Source of the DNA: Candidatus Cloacimonadota bacterium
GTDB lineage: Bacteria > Cloacimonadota > Cloacimonadia > Cloacimonadales > WRIO01
DNA length: 38,721 bases
NCBI GenBank assembly: GCA_029564175.1
Contig: JAKQQL010000415.1
Span: forward strand, 1 to 38,721
Direction of reading: 5' to 3'
Shown: in pieces, positions 18,673 through 29,424 of the stretch
Numbering within the stretch: position 1 is the stretch's first letter
Layout of the letters: each line of letters starts with the position of its first letter
The notes under the pieces: generated by a model
The model's input: the letters and a program-made list of their open reading frames with translations, nothing else
Database searches by the model: none
Told to the model about the DNA's origin: nothing
Position numbers and translations under genes: made by a program

Positions 18673-20222
18673 TAGTAGAAAAGTACCTGACCTTTTTGTA
18701 AAATGACAGTAACCTGTCCGTTTACTTTTTTGGTTTTTAAGTTATTTTTTGAAATCAGCTGATCCTGGCTAACCCCAATACGTTTAGCGATACGGTACAA
18801 GGTATCACCAGATTTAACAACATATTTTGATTTTTTCTTTTCAGTTTTTACAGATTTATCTTCTTTTGTTTGAGTTATCTGAGTAGCCGTATTGGTATAG
18901 ACTGAATCTTGTAAACTTTCACGGTTAATGACTAATGTCATTCCTTTGACTATCTTATTCTTTTTGAGATGATTCCATGCCTTTAAATCAGTAACAGTAA
19001 CGCCATATTTTTTGGCAATGTGGCTTAATGTCTCTCCCTTTTTTACTTTATGATAAATCTTGTCATTTTTAACAATTGGTTTAGATTGTTCCTGATATTT
19101 TAACTGAAGTTCAGCTAATTTTGCAGAATCAGGAACTGCATCAATAGGGATCAAAATCTGAAATTGACCAGGAGGTAAAATCATCTGGTTAATTTTGGAA
19201 TACTTACCCTGTTTCTTCTTATTGATCTTAATCCACGGATTTAATTCCCATACTGCGCTGATATTTGTACCTTGTGCAATTGCCCATTCATTTAGTAAAT
19301 GATAGCCATTTAAATCAAGGGTAGCCACTTTTGCTTTATCAAGTAAAAAAGGTTCACGCTCAAATCTTTTTCCAAAAAGAGTTTCTTCATTTTCAAATAT
19401 GATCTTGATTGCAATAGCCCGCCATACATAATCATTTGTTTCATCGTGTCGCATTATCAGTGAAAAGAAATCTTTAGCGCCCTGCTCACTAATTGCTTTA
19501 GTAATATTCCCCATTCCGGCATTATAGCTTGCCATCACTAACAACCAGTCATCAATTTCTCTCTGTAATAAATACTCATTACTGTTATTCAGATACTGAC
19601 AGGCTGCTTCTGTTGCTTTAAATACATTTCTTCTTTCATCCAGATAATCATTAATGACCAATTTGTATTGTTTACCTGTTCCAGGCATAAACTGCCAGAT
19701 ACCGGCAGCTCCGACAGATGAATAAGCCATATAACTCAGATAACTCTCTGCACAAGCAATATACTTTGCATCATCAGGGATATTGTATTGAGCAAAATAA
19801 TTTTCAAATATGGGAAAATAAGTAGAACTACGAGGAATATATTTATATGCTTTCTTAACTTCATAATCAAAAATCAGTTGTAATTTATTCCTGATTCTTT
19901 CATTTTTTAAATCAAATTTAATACCAGCAAACTCATAAGAGTCTGGTAGCTGAAAATTTTTATTGATTACAAAAAAATCATCACTTCCATTTTCATCTTG
20001 TTTTAATGAGTCCACTATACATTGTAAACTATCCAACATCATCTGTAAGGTTTCTATTTTTAATGACTGATCATCAATTACCTGATACAATGAGTCCATT
20101 AATGGATCAGTTTCTTCTGTCTGGTCTTTATCATCATTTTTAAATAAATTGAGATTGATACTCCATAAGCAAGTAAAACTGATAATGATTATCATTATCA
20201 AAATTAGTCTTTTTTTCGACAT
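18672..20222 (-). CDS. MltD-like lytic transglycosylase with two C-terminal LysM domains
   Basis: AES catalytic Glu, AAGIWQFMPGTG, SYNAG, ET..YV; HKVKKGETLS.IAKKY and YVVKSGDTLY.IAKR. Confidence 0.88.
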   Translation of the reverse strand: MSKKRLILIMIIIISFTCLWSINLNLFKNDDKDQTEETDPLMDSLYQVIDDQSLKIETLQMMLDSLQCIVDSLKQDENGSDDFFVINKNFQLPDSYEFAGIKFDLKNERIRNKLQLIFDYEVKKAYKYIPRSSTYFPIFENYFAQYNIPDDAKYIACAESYLSYMAYSSVGAAGIWQFMPGTGKQYKLVINDYLDERRNVFKATEAACQYLNNSNEYLLQREIDDWLLVMASYNAGMGNITKAISEQGAKDFFSLIMRHDETNDYVWRAIAIKIIFENEETLFGKRFEREPFLLDKAKVATLDLNGYHLLNEWAIAQGTNISAVWELNPWIKINKKKQGKYSKINQMILPPGQFQILIPIDAVPDSAKLAELQLKYQEQSKPIVKNDKIYHKVKKGETLSHIAKKYGVTVTDLKAWNHLKKNKIVKGMTLVINRESLQDSVYTNTATQITQTKEDKSVKTEKKKSKYVVKSGDTLYRIAKRIGVSQDQLISKNNLKTKKVNGQVTVILQKGQVLFY

Positions 20223-21023
20223 TTATAACTCCAATACTATTTTATAAATTATGTAAAATAATGGAACAGCTATCATAAAACTATCAAAGCGATCCAATAT
20301 TCCTCCATGCCCAGGAATTAGATTTGAACTATCTTTAACACCACAATCCCGTTTCAGAATAGATTCAAACAAATCACCAAACTGACCGCTAATTCCTACA
20401 ACAATACCCATCATAATTGCAACAATCAGATTAATTTTATCTGGCATCATGTAATGAGCTAATAGAGCAAAAACAACAGCAAATACAAATCCGCCTATAA
20501 ACCCTTCAATAGACTTTTTAGGACTGACTTTAAAGATTCCTCTATGTTTGCCTAGATTCATCCCAACAAAATAAGCGCCTGAATCGGTTATCCAAATCAA
20601 TACTGCTATTAGTGGTAACAAATAGTTCCCATTGTGTAAGTGATGAATTCTATATGCCAACCCAAAACTCATACCACAATAAACTAAAATCCATACCGAA
20701 GCACTAAAACGACTAAAAGCGCCTTCTATTTTGCTCTTAATCACATCCTCAATTCCAAATATAATCATCGATAAAAATAATAGATATAAAGTTGATTCAA
20801 AACTGAGTTTGGCTGTAAAGTAACACATAAAAGCACTTAGACTGACGACTGTTGTCATCAGTTTTACAGATTTATTCTTCAACATTTTACTTAACTCATG
20901 AGCCGACATCAGACTTAACGCTATCATAAGAATCAGAAGAGGTATCTGACCATAATAGTATAGAAAGAGTAAGCCTGGTATAGCAATTACAGCTATCAGA
21001 CTTCTTTTGATTAACTCAGTCAT
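20223..21023 (-). CDS. cdsA: Phosphatidate cytidylyltransferase
   Basis: DSGAYFVG, SPKKS.EG, GDLFES.LKR..GVKDS...PGHGG.LDRFDS. Confidence 0.95.
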   Translation of the reverse strand: MTELIKRSLIAVIAIPGLLFLYYYGQIPLLILMIALSLMSAHELSKMLKNKSVKLMTTVVSLSAFMCYFTAKLSFESTLYLLFLSMIIFGIEDVIKSKIEGAFSRFSASVWILVYCGMSFGLAYRIHHLHNGNYLLPLIAVLIWITDSGAYFVGMNLGKHRGIFKVSPKKSIEGFIGGFVFAVVFALLAHYMMPDKINLIVAIMMGIVVGISGQFGDLFESILKRDCGVKDSSNLIPGHGGILDRFDSFMIAVPLFYIIYKIVLEL

Positions 21024-21757
21024 TGACTACCTCCATAACGCCTTTGTCTGTTTTGATAATCGATTATACCTTCGATAAATTCTTTTTTTCTGAAATCAGG
21101 CCACAATACATCTGTAAAATAAAATTCTGCATAGGCTGATTGCCAGATAAGAAAATTGGACAAACGTTTTTCTCCACTGCTCCTGATAATTAAGTCAGGA
21201 TCAGGCATTCCTTTTGTATATAAATGATCTGAAATCATTTTTTCATCGATTTCTTCTGGCTGAATTTGATTATTCTTAACCATTTCAGAAACTTTTCTAA
21301 TGCCTTCTAGCAGTTCTGTTCTTCCACCGTAATTGAAAGCAATATTGAAATTTAAACCCGTATTATGATAAGATTTCTCACATTCTTTTTCAATTTTCAT
21401 TTTATATTCTTCGGATAACCCCATATCAGTTCCGATAAAACGAACGACAATATTCTGTTTACTCATGGAATCAATTTCTTTAATGAGTGAATCCAGTATT
21501 AGTTTTAACAAGCCTTTGACTTCATCATCTGGTCTTGACCAGTTTTCTGTTGAAAAAGCATAAATTGTTAAATATTTTAAGCCAATCTCAACAGAAGCTT
21601 CTACAATGGCACGAACAGATTCTACTCCATTTTTATGCCCCCATAATCGGGTAGCACCTCTTTTTTTTGCCCATCTACCATTTCCGTCCATAATTACACC
21701 AACGTGTTGAGGCATTTTATCTGGTTCTATCTTCTTTATCAGTTCTTTGTAATTCAT
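21020..21757 (-). CDS. uppS: Undecaprenyl diphosphate synthase
   Basis: HVGVIMDGNGRWA, YAFSTENWSRP..EV, NYGGR.E, RLSNFL.WQ.AY.E, WPDF, R.RRYGG. Confidence 0.95.
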   Translation of the reverse strand: MNYKELIKKIEPDKMPQHVGVIMDGNGRWAKKRGATRLWGHKNGVESVRAIVEASVEIGLKYLTIYAFSTENWSRPDDEVKGLLKLILDSLIKEIDSMSKQNIVVRFIGTDMGLSEEYKMKIEKECEKSYHNTGLNFNIAFNYGGRTELLEGIRKVSEMVKNNQIQPEEIDEKMISDHLYTKGMPDPDLIIRSSGEKRLSNFLIWQSAYAEFYFTDVLWPDFRKKEFIEGIIDYQNRQRRYGGSQ

Positions 21758-21781
21758 AAATTGACTATCCTTAACATACGA

Positions 21782-22898
21782 TTACTTATTAAGATTATTA
21801 TGAGCTGACCATTTTAAAAAGGCATTGATAAAACCGTCCAGATCTCCATCCATCACCGGAGCCGTATTACCTGTTTCATAGTTTGTTCTGTGATCTTTTA
21901 CCATCTGGTATGGGGCAAACACATAAGAGCGGATTTGATTTCCCCATCCAATTTCAGTTTTTGCGGATTCTGTCTTTTGTCTTTCTTTTTCTCGTTCTTG
22001 TTCATATAACTGATAGAGTCTTGATTTCAGCATTTGCATAGCTTTTTCTCTATTTTGAATCTGAGAACGTTCATTTTGACACTGAACAATAATATTGGTT
22101 GGAATATGTGTTATTCTGACCGCAGAGTCAGTTGTATTGACATGTTGTCCGCCTGCACCGCTGGCTCTGTATGTATCAATTTTTAAATCAGATTGATTGA
22201 TCTCAACTTCTATATCATCATCAATCATCGGGTAAACATATATTGAGGTAAATGAGGTCTGTCTTTTCCCTTGAGCATTAAATGGAGAGATTCGAACAAG
22301 CCTGTGGACACCGGCTTCACATTTTAAATAACCATAAGCATAATCTCCGGTTACTTCAATTGTAGCACTTTTAATACCTGCTTCATCACCTGGCTGCAAA
22401 TCAATAATTTTAAAACCATAGCCTGAACGTTCTGCCCAACGGCTAAACATCCTTAACAGCATTTCTGCCCAATCCTGAGACTCAGTTCCGCCTGCACCCG
22501 GATGAATGGTTAAAATCGCATCATTATGATCATATTTTCCATTGAGTAAAAATTGAATTTCTATTTTATCTACAAAATCATTGTGATTATTTAAATATTC
22601 TGTTGCTTCTGCAAACAACTCATCGTTCCAGTCTTCCTGAAGTATCATGATAAAAGTATTCAGTTCATCGGTTATTTCTGAAAGTTTTTTATCCTTATCT
22701 ATTTCATTTTTTAATCTTGCAACTTCCTTTGAAACTTTTTTCGCATGATTCTGATTATTCCAGAAATCTGCTTCATGCATTTGTTTTTCAAGCAAATCCA
22801 GCTCTTTGACTAATTTTTCTTTGTCAAAGAAACCTCCGTAAATCAATTATCTTATTATTCATTGCATCTGATGCTTTTATCAAATCTTGAAAGTCCAT
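21782..22898 (-). CDS. prfB: Peptide chain release factor 2, expressed via programmed +1 frameshift (24 aa + 347 aa)
   Basis: GGTESQDW, SPF and GGQ motifs. The upstream frame from ATG 22898 (AGGAG RBS) reads MDFQDLIKASDAMNNKIIDLRRFL and ends at CTT TGA C. Confidence 0.96.
22823..22837 (-). promoter_or_regulatory. RF2 +1 ribosomal frameshift signal
   Basis: Minus strand GGAGG-TTT-CTTTGAC: internal Shine-Dalgarno 3 nt before the CTT-TGA shift site. Confidence 0.95.
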
Positions 22899-22933
22899 TT
22901 ATTCTCCTGTTTTTACTGTTGTCTGATATATTT

Positions 22934-24088
22934 TTAAAATTTCCATGGTAAAAGATAGTCTTTTACTTCTTCATTAAAATAACGATCTGTCATGGTTGCA
23001 ATAAAATCTCTAACCTTTTCAGCATCCTTATATTTTTCAAGATATTCAACCCGTTTATGCGAAAGAAAATGCTTGAAAATGCTGGAATTGGTTTGGTTTT
23101 GCTGAATATCTTCCATATATTTTTCAAATAGAATCTGCATACTTCGATTGACAATTTTGTTTGCTTTTTTGACATTTTCATTGGTGTAAATTCTCTCATA
23201 ATTGAAGCGTTTTAACCGAAGTAAATAATGAGATGTCTCATCATCAAAACAGATATAAGGTTTTTCAAAACTGTTTAAAATGACACTCTTAACTAAGTTA
23301 TCTATAATTTTACTATTTGTATTTCCTAGATGTTGTACACATTCTATGGGTAACTCATCTCTTTTTAATATATTAAGTCTGATGGCATCTTCAATATCCT
23401 GCCCGATATAAGCGATGGTATCGGTAATCCTGACAACACATCCTTCAATAGTAGCAGGCATCATCTGGGCAGCTTTCCCATTCTTCTTATCTTGAATATA
23501 AACATCTATATCTGACTGGCTTTTATGAGTCTTTGGTTGTAATATCGTATTATGAACTTCACCGTCATGAGAAATAATACCATCTCTGACCTGAAAAGTC
23601 AGATTAAGTCCAATGCCTTTTCTGGATATATTATCTACAATATGCAAACTTTCAATATTATGATGAAACTGACCTATGCCGTGTGCTTCACATAACTTAC
23701 TGAGAGCTCGTTCGCCATCATGCCCAAAAGGTGAATGACCAAGATCATGGCCAAGAGCAATCGCCTCAGTCAATTCTAAATTCAAGCCAAGTGCTTTACT
23801 GATAGTTCTTGAAATTTGAGACACATAGGTAGTATGCAAGCTTCTGTTAGTCATTTCTTCATCAATCAGATTTGAAAAAGAGAAGACCTGAGTTTTGCCA
23901 TGATATCTTCTGTACGCACCACTATACAAAATACGGTCACGATCTAATGCAAATGATGATCTGAGATGTTGCCTTTTTTCTTCTCTGTCTCGCCATGAAT
24001 TTTCGTCTTTACAAGCATATTCAGACAAATTATAACGAACAGCATTGATTTTTTCATAAATTTCTTTTAAACGTTTTTCATCAATCAT
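22934..24088 (-). CDS. dGTP triphosphohydrolase-like HD-domain protein
   Basis: F..DRDRILYS...R...KTQVF, R..H, GHDLGH.PFGH.GE, D.IAY..QDIEDA, DFIA.MTD.Y. Confidence 0.88.
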   Translation of the reverse strand: MIDEKRLKEIYEKINAVRYNLSEYACKDENSWRDREEKRQHLRSSFALDRDRILYSGAYRRYHGKTQVFSFSNLIDEEMTNRSLHTTYVSQISRTISKALGLNLELTEAIALGHDLGHSPFGHDGERALSKLCEAHGIGQFHHNIESLHIVDNISRKGIGLNLTFQVRDGIISHDGEVHNTILQPKTHKSQSDIDVYIQDKKNGKAAQMMPATIEGCVVRITDTIAYIGQDIEDAIRLNILKRDELPIECVQHLGNTNSKIIDNLVKSVILNSFEKPYICFDDETSHYLLRLKRFNYERIYTNENVKKANKIVNRSMQILFEKYMEDIQQNQTNSSIFKHFLSHKRVEYLEKYKDAEKVRDFIATMTDRYFNEEVKDYLLPWKF

Positions 24089-24705
24089 ACGACCTTCTTT
24101 TTGTAATACAAAAATTGAGGTAAATAACCTTCTCTGGCTTTTAAATCATCAAAATAAGTTGTAAAATGATCTTCAGGAAAGATAAAACGACTTACATCAT
24201 CAAATAGAGCCACATAATCCTGACGTTCTTTAAAATGCCTGATTATCCATTCTGCATAACCAGGATGATCAGTTGAAATCTTTAGAATTCCATTTTCTTT
24301 AAGTAACCATGAAAGACAGTCAATAAAACGATGTTGGATCAATCTGCGATCAAAATGCTTTCTTTTAGGCCATGGATCTGGATGAAAAATAATAATTTCA
24401 TCAACAGAACCTGCAGAAATCCATTGATTGATCTTCTCATCAACAAATAAATTCAATAATCTGACATTCTTGTTCTTTTGAATATCCAGTTTTTTCACAG
24501 TTGTAATAATTCTTTTAGACTTGATTTCGATTCCAATAAAATTGATAAAATGATGAAAAAAAGATTGCATCTGTATCAATTCACCCTTTCCACTACCTAT
24601 TTCCAAATGGACAGGATGATTATTCTGGAATATTTTTTGAAAATCCATCATCTCATTTTCTTTTTTTTCGATTACAAAATAGTTTAATTTATCTTCTAAA
24701 TTCAT
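24085..24705 (-). CDS. trmB: tRNA (guanine-N7)-methyltransferase
   Basis: LEIGSGKG, GIEI, PDPWPKRKH..RRL, TD...Y. Confidence 0.9.
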   Translation of the reverse strand: MNLEDKLNYFVIEKKENEMMDFQKIFQNNHPVHLEIGSGKGELIQMQSFFHHFINFIGIEIKSKRIITTVKKLDIQKNKNVRLLNLFVDEKINQWISAGSVDEIIIFHPDPWPKRKHFDRRLIQHRFIDCLSWLLKENGILKISTDHPGYAEWIIRHFKERQDYVALFDDVSRFIFPEDHFTTYFDDLKAREGYLPQFLYYKKKVV

Positions 24706-24747
24706 AATTTTCCCTTTAACGTCCCAATTTCTGCATATATATAATTA

Positions 24748-24858
24748 TGTCAATCATTTTTACATTATCCTGTTGGAACTGTTATCTGATCCATGAATCT
24801 ATAAAATCAAAAAAAAACAGATATTTTTCTTGACTAAATTGAATGACCTTGATATTTT
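24748..24858. promoter_or_regulatory. Divergent promoter region for the trmB operon and the uracil permease
   Basis: Minus-strand TTGACA (24753-24748) facing trmB and plus-strand TTGACT (24830-24835) facing the permease. Both -10 boxes are weak. Confidence 0.45.
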
Positions 24859-24906
24859 TTGTCTCATCAACAAAATTCATCAAATAAATAAAAAAAAGGA
24901 GTGAAT

Positions 24907-26145
24907 ATGAGTAAAAACAACTATCAGTTTCAGGCATCACACTTAGTACTTGGATTTCAGCATGTTTTAGCGATGTTTGGTGCTACTGTTCTGGTTCCTT
25001 TCCTGACAGGACTTGATCCATCTCTGGCAATTTTATGTGCAGGTATTGGCACTTTGATTTTTCATTTCTGTTCAGGCTGGAAAGTACCCGTTTTTTTAGG
25101 GTCCAGTTTTGCATTTATTGGAGCAATCAGCTTAACCCTTAAAGAACAAGGCTTACCTGCTGTTAAATCAGGTATTATCATTGCCGGAGTAGTTTATATC
25201 ATCATGGCGTTAATAGTTAAGGTTTTTGGAGTGGATAGAGTGAGGTCTTTTTTCCCACCCATTGTTACCGGTCCGATTATTATGGTCATTGGTTTACGCC
25301 TTTCTCCTGTAGCACTTAACATGATTGGTTATGACAAAGCATTAGGTGTCTTTAATCAAAATGCCTTAATCGTTGCTCTTAGCGTTGTATTAACAATGAT
25401 AATTGTTTCCATTTTTACTAAAGGATTTTTTAAATTAGTCCCCATCCTTATCTCTGTTATTGTTGGATATATTGTTTCTATTTTTTTTCATATGGTTGAT
25501 TTTACATTAATACAACAAGCCAATTGGTTTGGTTTAACAGCGAATGCAATAGACAATCTAAAGATTATGCCTAACTGGAGCTGGTCAGGTATCATTGCGA
25601 TTGCACCAATAGCTCTGGTCGTTTTTATTGAACATGTTGGAGACATTACAACAAATGGTGCAGTTGTAGGAAAAGATTTCTTTAAAGATCCCGGTATCCA
25701 CAGAACACTTCTGGGCGATGGTCTGGCAACTGCTATAGCTGGTTTTCTTGGCGGACCTGCCAACACAACCTACAGCGAAAACACAGGTGTTTTAGCAGTT
25801 ACAAAAGTTTACAATCCAGGTATTTTGCGTATAGCTGCGATTTATGCTATTTTGATTAGCTTTATAGGTAAATTTGGTGCACTGATTCAAACAATTCCAG
25901 TACCTGTCATGGGTGGAATTTCTTTAATTTTATTTGGTATGATTGCATCTATTGGCATGAGAACCATGATTGAAGCAAAGTTAGACTTTGCTCATAGCCG
26001 TAATTTAATCATTTCTGCACTTATTTTAGTGAGTGGAATTGCAATAGATAACGTAATGATTGCTCCATCTCTTTCTGTGTCTGGATTAACTATTGCAGCT
26101 TTAATTGGTATTGTTTTAAATAAAGTTTTTCCTGAAAATTTATAA
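24907..26145 (+). CDS. uraA: Uracil permease, NCS2/NAT family
   Basis: QH.LAMFGATVLVP, FLGSSFAFI, FPP.VTGP.I.VIGL, EHVGD, GGP.NTTYSEN.GV; AGGAG RBS before ATG 24907. Confidence 0.88.
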   Translation: MSKNNYQFQASHLVLGFQHVLAMFGATVLVPFLTGLDPSLAILCAGIGTLIFHFCSGWKVPVFLGSSFAFIGAISLTLKEQGLPAVKSGIIIAGVVYIIMALIVKVFGVDRVRSFFPPIVTGPIIMVIGLRLSPVALNMIGYDKALGVFNQNALIVALSVVLTMIIVSIFTKGFFKLVPILISVIVGYIVSIFFHMVDFTLIQQANWFGLTANAIDNLKIMPNWSWSGIIAIAPIALVVFIEHVGDITTNGAVVGKDFFKDPGIHRTLLGDGLATAIAGFLGGPANTTYSENTGVLAVTKVYNPGILRIAAIYAILISFIGKFGALIQTIPVPVMGGISLILFGMIASIGMRTMIEAKLDFAHSRNLIISALILVSGIAIDNVMIAPSLSVSGLTIAALIGIVLNKVFPENL

Positions 26146-26162
26146 TTTGATAATAATGTGCT

Positions 26163-26198
26163 ATCATGGAGCTCTCTTGAGCTCCATGATCATTTTTT
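26163..26198 (+). terminator. Intrinsic terminator after the uracil permease
   Basis: ATCATGGAGCTC-TCTT-GAGCTCCATGAT then CATTTTTT. Confidence 0.8.
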
Positions 26199-26402
26199 AA
26201 GTTTTTTTTTGTTTTACATCTCATTTAACCTTTATGATTTTTTAGAACTAAAAAAAAAAAATTCTTATATTTTATCAAAGCATAAACCATCCATTTTCAC
26301 ATAAAATTATATTTTAAAGAATTTACGAAAAATACTGGACAATAAATAATGATTTTAAATAATGGCATTAAAATATGAAAAATAACTCTGGGAGATAAAG
26401 AT

Positions 26403-27872
26403 ATGTCAGACAACACAAACGAAAAAAACATACAACAGGAGACAGAAGATTTCGGTGCAATGCTGGAACAAAACCTTAATCAGGTAAACGCTAATTTAAG
26501 AAAAGGTGATGTCGTAGAAGGCGAAATCGTTTCTATTACTGAATCTCATATCATCGTGTCACTTGGACAAAAACAAGATGTCTATGCTGAAGTTGGCGAC
26601 TACATGGTTGATGGTTCATTAAGTTTAAAAGTCGGAGATAAAATTAAAGGTTTTGTGGTTAAATTATCAGATCATGAAATCGTTATCGCTAAAAGTTTGA
26701 ATGCTTCACACGGAAATAAAAAATTAGTTCGTGAAGCTTTTGAAAAAAACATTCCTGTCAAAGGTAAAGTCACTCAATCCGTTAAAGGTGGATTTTCAGT
26801 TGATGTTTTAGGTATCAGAGCATTCTGTCCTGTATCACATATCGATGCAACTCCTAATGTTGATCCAGCTCAATATGTTGGCAATGTATTCGATTTTGAT
26901 ATTATTGAATTTGAAAAAAACAACAATATTATCGTTTCCAGAAAAAACCTATCAAAAAAAGATGCTGATGAATTAAAAAATAAAAGACTTGAATCTATCA
27001 ATGTCGGTGACATTATTCAAGGAAAAGTGCTTAGACTGGCAAGTTTTGGCGCTTTCGTGGATGTAAATGGTGTTGAAGGTCTCTTACACATTTCTGAATT
27101 CGCTTGGGAACGTGTAGAAAAACCTGAAGATGTATTAAAAATTGGTGATGAAGTTACTGTTAAAGTCATTCGTAAAGAAAATGACAAAGTATCATTATCT
27201 ATTAAAGCAACTCAAGAAAATCCAATGACTGCAGCTATTAGTGAGTTATCTGAAGGCATGGTTGTTTCCTGTAAAATCCTCAGACATGAAAATTTTGGTT
27301 CATTTGTAGAAATCAAACCAGGCGTTGAAGGTTTAATTCCTCTTTCTTTTATCTCTTCCAGAAGAATCAAGCATCCATCTAATATTTTAAATATTGGAGA
27401 TGTTGTTGAAGCAAAAATCATTAAGTTAGACGCTAATGAAAATAAAATATCTTTATCAATCCGTGATCTGGAAAGCAACCCATGGGATACTATTGCTGAA
27501 TTATTTACCGTTAACCAGGAAGTTGAAGGCACTATTGAAACGATTAATGAATACGGTGCTTACATAAAAATATCTGAAGGTCTGGTTGGATTGTTACCTA
27601 AATCCAAAATTGCACGTGCTAAAATGAAATTAAGCAATAGTGAAGTAGGTACAACTATCACTTTAAAGATTTCTGATATTGATGAAAGCAAACGCAGAAT
27701 TTCATTAGAACCACTCAATATGCCAGAGTTTGAAGAAAAAGCACCTCAAAAAGAAGCTAAACCAAGACGTGAAAGAAAACATATTGAAAAAGATAATAAT
27801 TCACAAGACTTTGCTAAATCAAAAGAAGGATATCAGGGCGTTCCTGAAGATAATCCTTTCAATGTTTTATAA
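26403..27872 (+). CDS. Ribosomal protein S1-like protein with about five S1 domains
   Basis: Repeated S1 motifs (GGFSV...[41 protein letters not shown]...GLVGLLP, ISLS). It could be rpsA or a paralogue. Confidence 0.85.
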   Translation: MSDNTNEKNIQQETEDFGAMLEQNLNQVNANLRKGDVVEGEIVSITESHIIVSLGQKQDVYAEVGDYMVDGSLSLKVGDKIKGFVVKLSDHEIVIAKSLNASHGNKKLVREAFEKNIPVKGKVTQSVKGGFSVDVLGIRAFCPVSHIDATPNVDPAQYVGNVFDFDIIEFEKNNNIIVSRKNLSKKDADELKNKRLESINVGDIIQGKVLRLASFGAFVDVNGVEGLLHISEFAWERVEKPEDVLKIGDEVTVKVIRKENDKVSLSIKATQENPMTAAISELSEGMVVSCKILRHENFGSFVEIKPGVEGLIPLSFISSRRIKHPSNILNIGDVVEAKIIKLDANENKISLSIRDLESNPWDTIAELFTVNQEVEGTIETINEYGAYIKISEGLVGLLPKSKIARAKMKLSNSEVGTTITLKISDIDESKRRISLEPLNMPEFEEKAPQKEAKPRRERKHIEKDNNSQDFAKSKEGYQGVPEDNPFNVL

Positions 27873-27893
27873 TTAATTGAAATATATACAGTT

Positions 27894-27924
27894 AACCGGC
27901 TTCATTAGAAGCCGGTTTTTCTTT
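27894..27924 (+). terminator. Intrinsic terminator after the S1 gene
   Basis: AACCGGCTTC-ATTA-GAAGCCGGTT then TTTCTTT. Confidence 0.85.
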
Positions 27925-27992
27925 ATAGCATTTTGAATTCAAAGCATTGTAATACTCTTATCCATAAAAATTCAAGTTCTCAAGGATTTTTC

Positions 27993-28021
27993 TTGACAAA
28001 AATTTCCAGAGAAGTAAAAAT
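27993..28021 (+). promoter_or_regulatory. Candidate promoter of the arginine-synthetase-like gene
   Basis: TTGACA 27993-27998, TAAAAAT 28015-28021, AAGGAG RBS before ATG 28052. Confidence 0.55.
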
Positions 28022-28051
28022 TGACGTAATTTCCAATAAAAGGAGTGAACA

Positions 28052-29377
28052 ATGGAAAAAAGAAGAGTAATCATTATGGGTGCAGCTGGTCGTGACTTCC
28101 ACAATTTTAACACATTTTTCAAAAATAATGACCAGTATCATGTTGTAGCATTCACAGCTACACAGATTCCGGATATTGACGGAAGAAAATACCCTGCAGC
28201 ATTAGCGGGCGAAGAATTATACCCTGAAGGTATTCCTATATATGCTGAAGAAGACCTGGTTAGCCTGATTAAAGATCACAATGTTGACCTTGTTGTATTT
28301 GCTTATTCTGATGTTCCTCATGAAAGAGTTATGCACAATGCTTCTAAAGTAAATGCTACTGGTGCTGACTTTATGCTTATGGGTTTGAACAATACTCAGG
28401 TAAAAACCACAAAACCACTTATTACAGTTTGCGCTGCCCGTACCGGGTGTGGAAAGAGCCAGACAACACGTGCTGTAGTACGTGCGTTAAAAGAAAGAGG
28501 CTTGAAAGTTGTTTCTATCAGACATCCTATGCCTTATGGAGATTTAGTGGCTCAGAAAGTTCAGAGATTTGCTGAATTAGCTGATCTTGAAAAACATAAA
28601 TGTACAATCGAAGAAATGGAAGAATACGAACCACATATTGCGATGGGCAGTGTCATCTATGCAGGCGTTGATTATGAAGCAATCGTACGTGAAGCAGAAA
28701 AAGAAGCCGATGTAATCATCTGGGATGGCGGAAATAATGACTTCCCATTCTATACTTCAGATCAAAAACTGGATATCGTTGTCTTAGATCCTCACAGACC
28801 TGGTCATGAAATGACATACCATCCAGGCGAAACCAATGTTTACAATGCGGACGTAATCGTAATCAATAAAATTGATTCTGCTTCATTTGAAGATATTCAG
28901 GAAGTTCGTCAAAATGTTAAAGCTGCAAATCCTAAAGCAATCGTTATTGATGGCGCTTCACCAGTATTTGTAGATAAACCTGAATTAATTCAAGGCAAGA
29001 TCGTTCTTGTTGTTGAAGATGGTCCAACTCTTACACATGGCGAAATGACCTATGGAGCAGGTGTTGTTGCAACTGAAAAATTTGGTTGTGAAGATATGGT
29101 TGATCCTCGTGAATTTGCTGTTGGTACAATTGCAGATACCTTTGAAAAATACCCTGAAATTGGTATTCTTTTACCTGCTATGGGATATGGCGAACAACAG
29201 ATTAAAGACCTTGAAGATACAATCAATGCAACAGATTGTGAAGCAGTTGTTATTGCAACTCCAATTGATCTTAACCGAATTATTAAAATTAATAAGCCTT
29301 CCTGCCGTGTTTCATACGAGTTACAGGAAATCGGTTTCCCTACAGTAAAACAAGTGATTGACAATTTCTTAAAGTAA
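28052..29377 (+). CDS. arcE: Probable arginine synthetase (ArcE-type; family often annotated as GTPase or cyclic 2,3-diphosphoglycerate synthase)
   Basis: GAAGRDFHNFN, AFTATQIP, RTGCGKS P-loop, RHPMPYG, WDGGNND, VEDGPTLTHG.M; lies immediately upstream of carbamate kinase. Confidence 0.72.
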   Translation: MEKRRVIIMGAAGRDFHNFNTFFKNNDQYHVVAFTATQIPDIDGRKYPAALAGEELYPEGIPIYAEEDLVSLIKDHNVDLVVFAYSDVPHERVMHNASKVNATGADFMLMGLNNTQVKTTKPLITVCAARTGCGKSQTTRAVVRALKERGLKVVSIRHPMPYGDLVAQKVQRFAELADLEKHKCTIEEMEEYEPHIAMGSVIYAGVDYEAIVREAEKEADVIIWDGGNNDFPFYTSDQKLDIVVLDPHRPGHEMTYHPGETNVYNADVIVINKIDSASFEDIQEVRQNVKAANPKAIVIDGASPVFVDKPELIQGKIVLVVEDGPTLTHGEMTYGAGVVATEKFGCEDMVDPREFAVGTIADTFEKYPEIGILLPAMGYGEQQIKDLEDTINATDCEAVVIATPIDLNRIIKINKPSCRVSYELQEIGFPTVKQVIDNFLK

Positions 29378-29391
29378 AAATATTTAGTATT

Positions 29392-29424
29392 CAGGAGACC
29401 TAGCTTTTAGGTCTCCTGTTTTTT
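29392..29424 (+). terminator. Intrinsic terminator between the arcE-like gene and carbamate kinase
   Basis: CAGGAGACCTA-GCTTT-TAGGTCTCCTG then TTTTTT. Confidence 0.85.

Noticed and set aside
24836..24906. PyrR attenuator upstream of the uracil permease
   Set aside because: The short A-rich leader has no PyrR-binding loop or terminator hairpin.
26250..26261. A12 homopolymer upstream of the S1 gene as a phase-variable tract
   Set aside because: It is not within a promoter spacer or CDS, and could be composition or sequencing noise.
9857..26321. Identical 15-mer TTATATTTTAAAGAA at 9857-9871 and 26307-26321
   Set aside because: Almost all A/T; such matches are expected by chance at this composition.
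27932..27943. Palindrome TTTGAATTCAAA as an ArgR box upstream of arcE
   Set aside because: It lacks the TGAAT-N4-ATTCA spacing and has no tandem partner.
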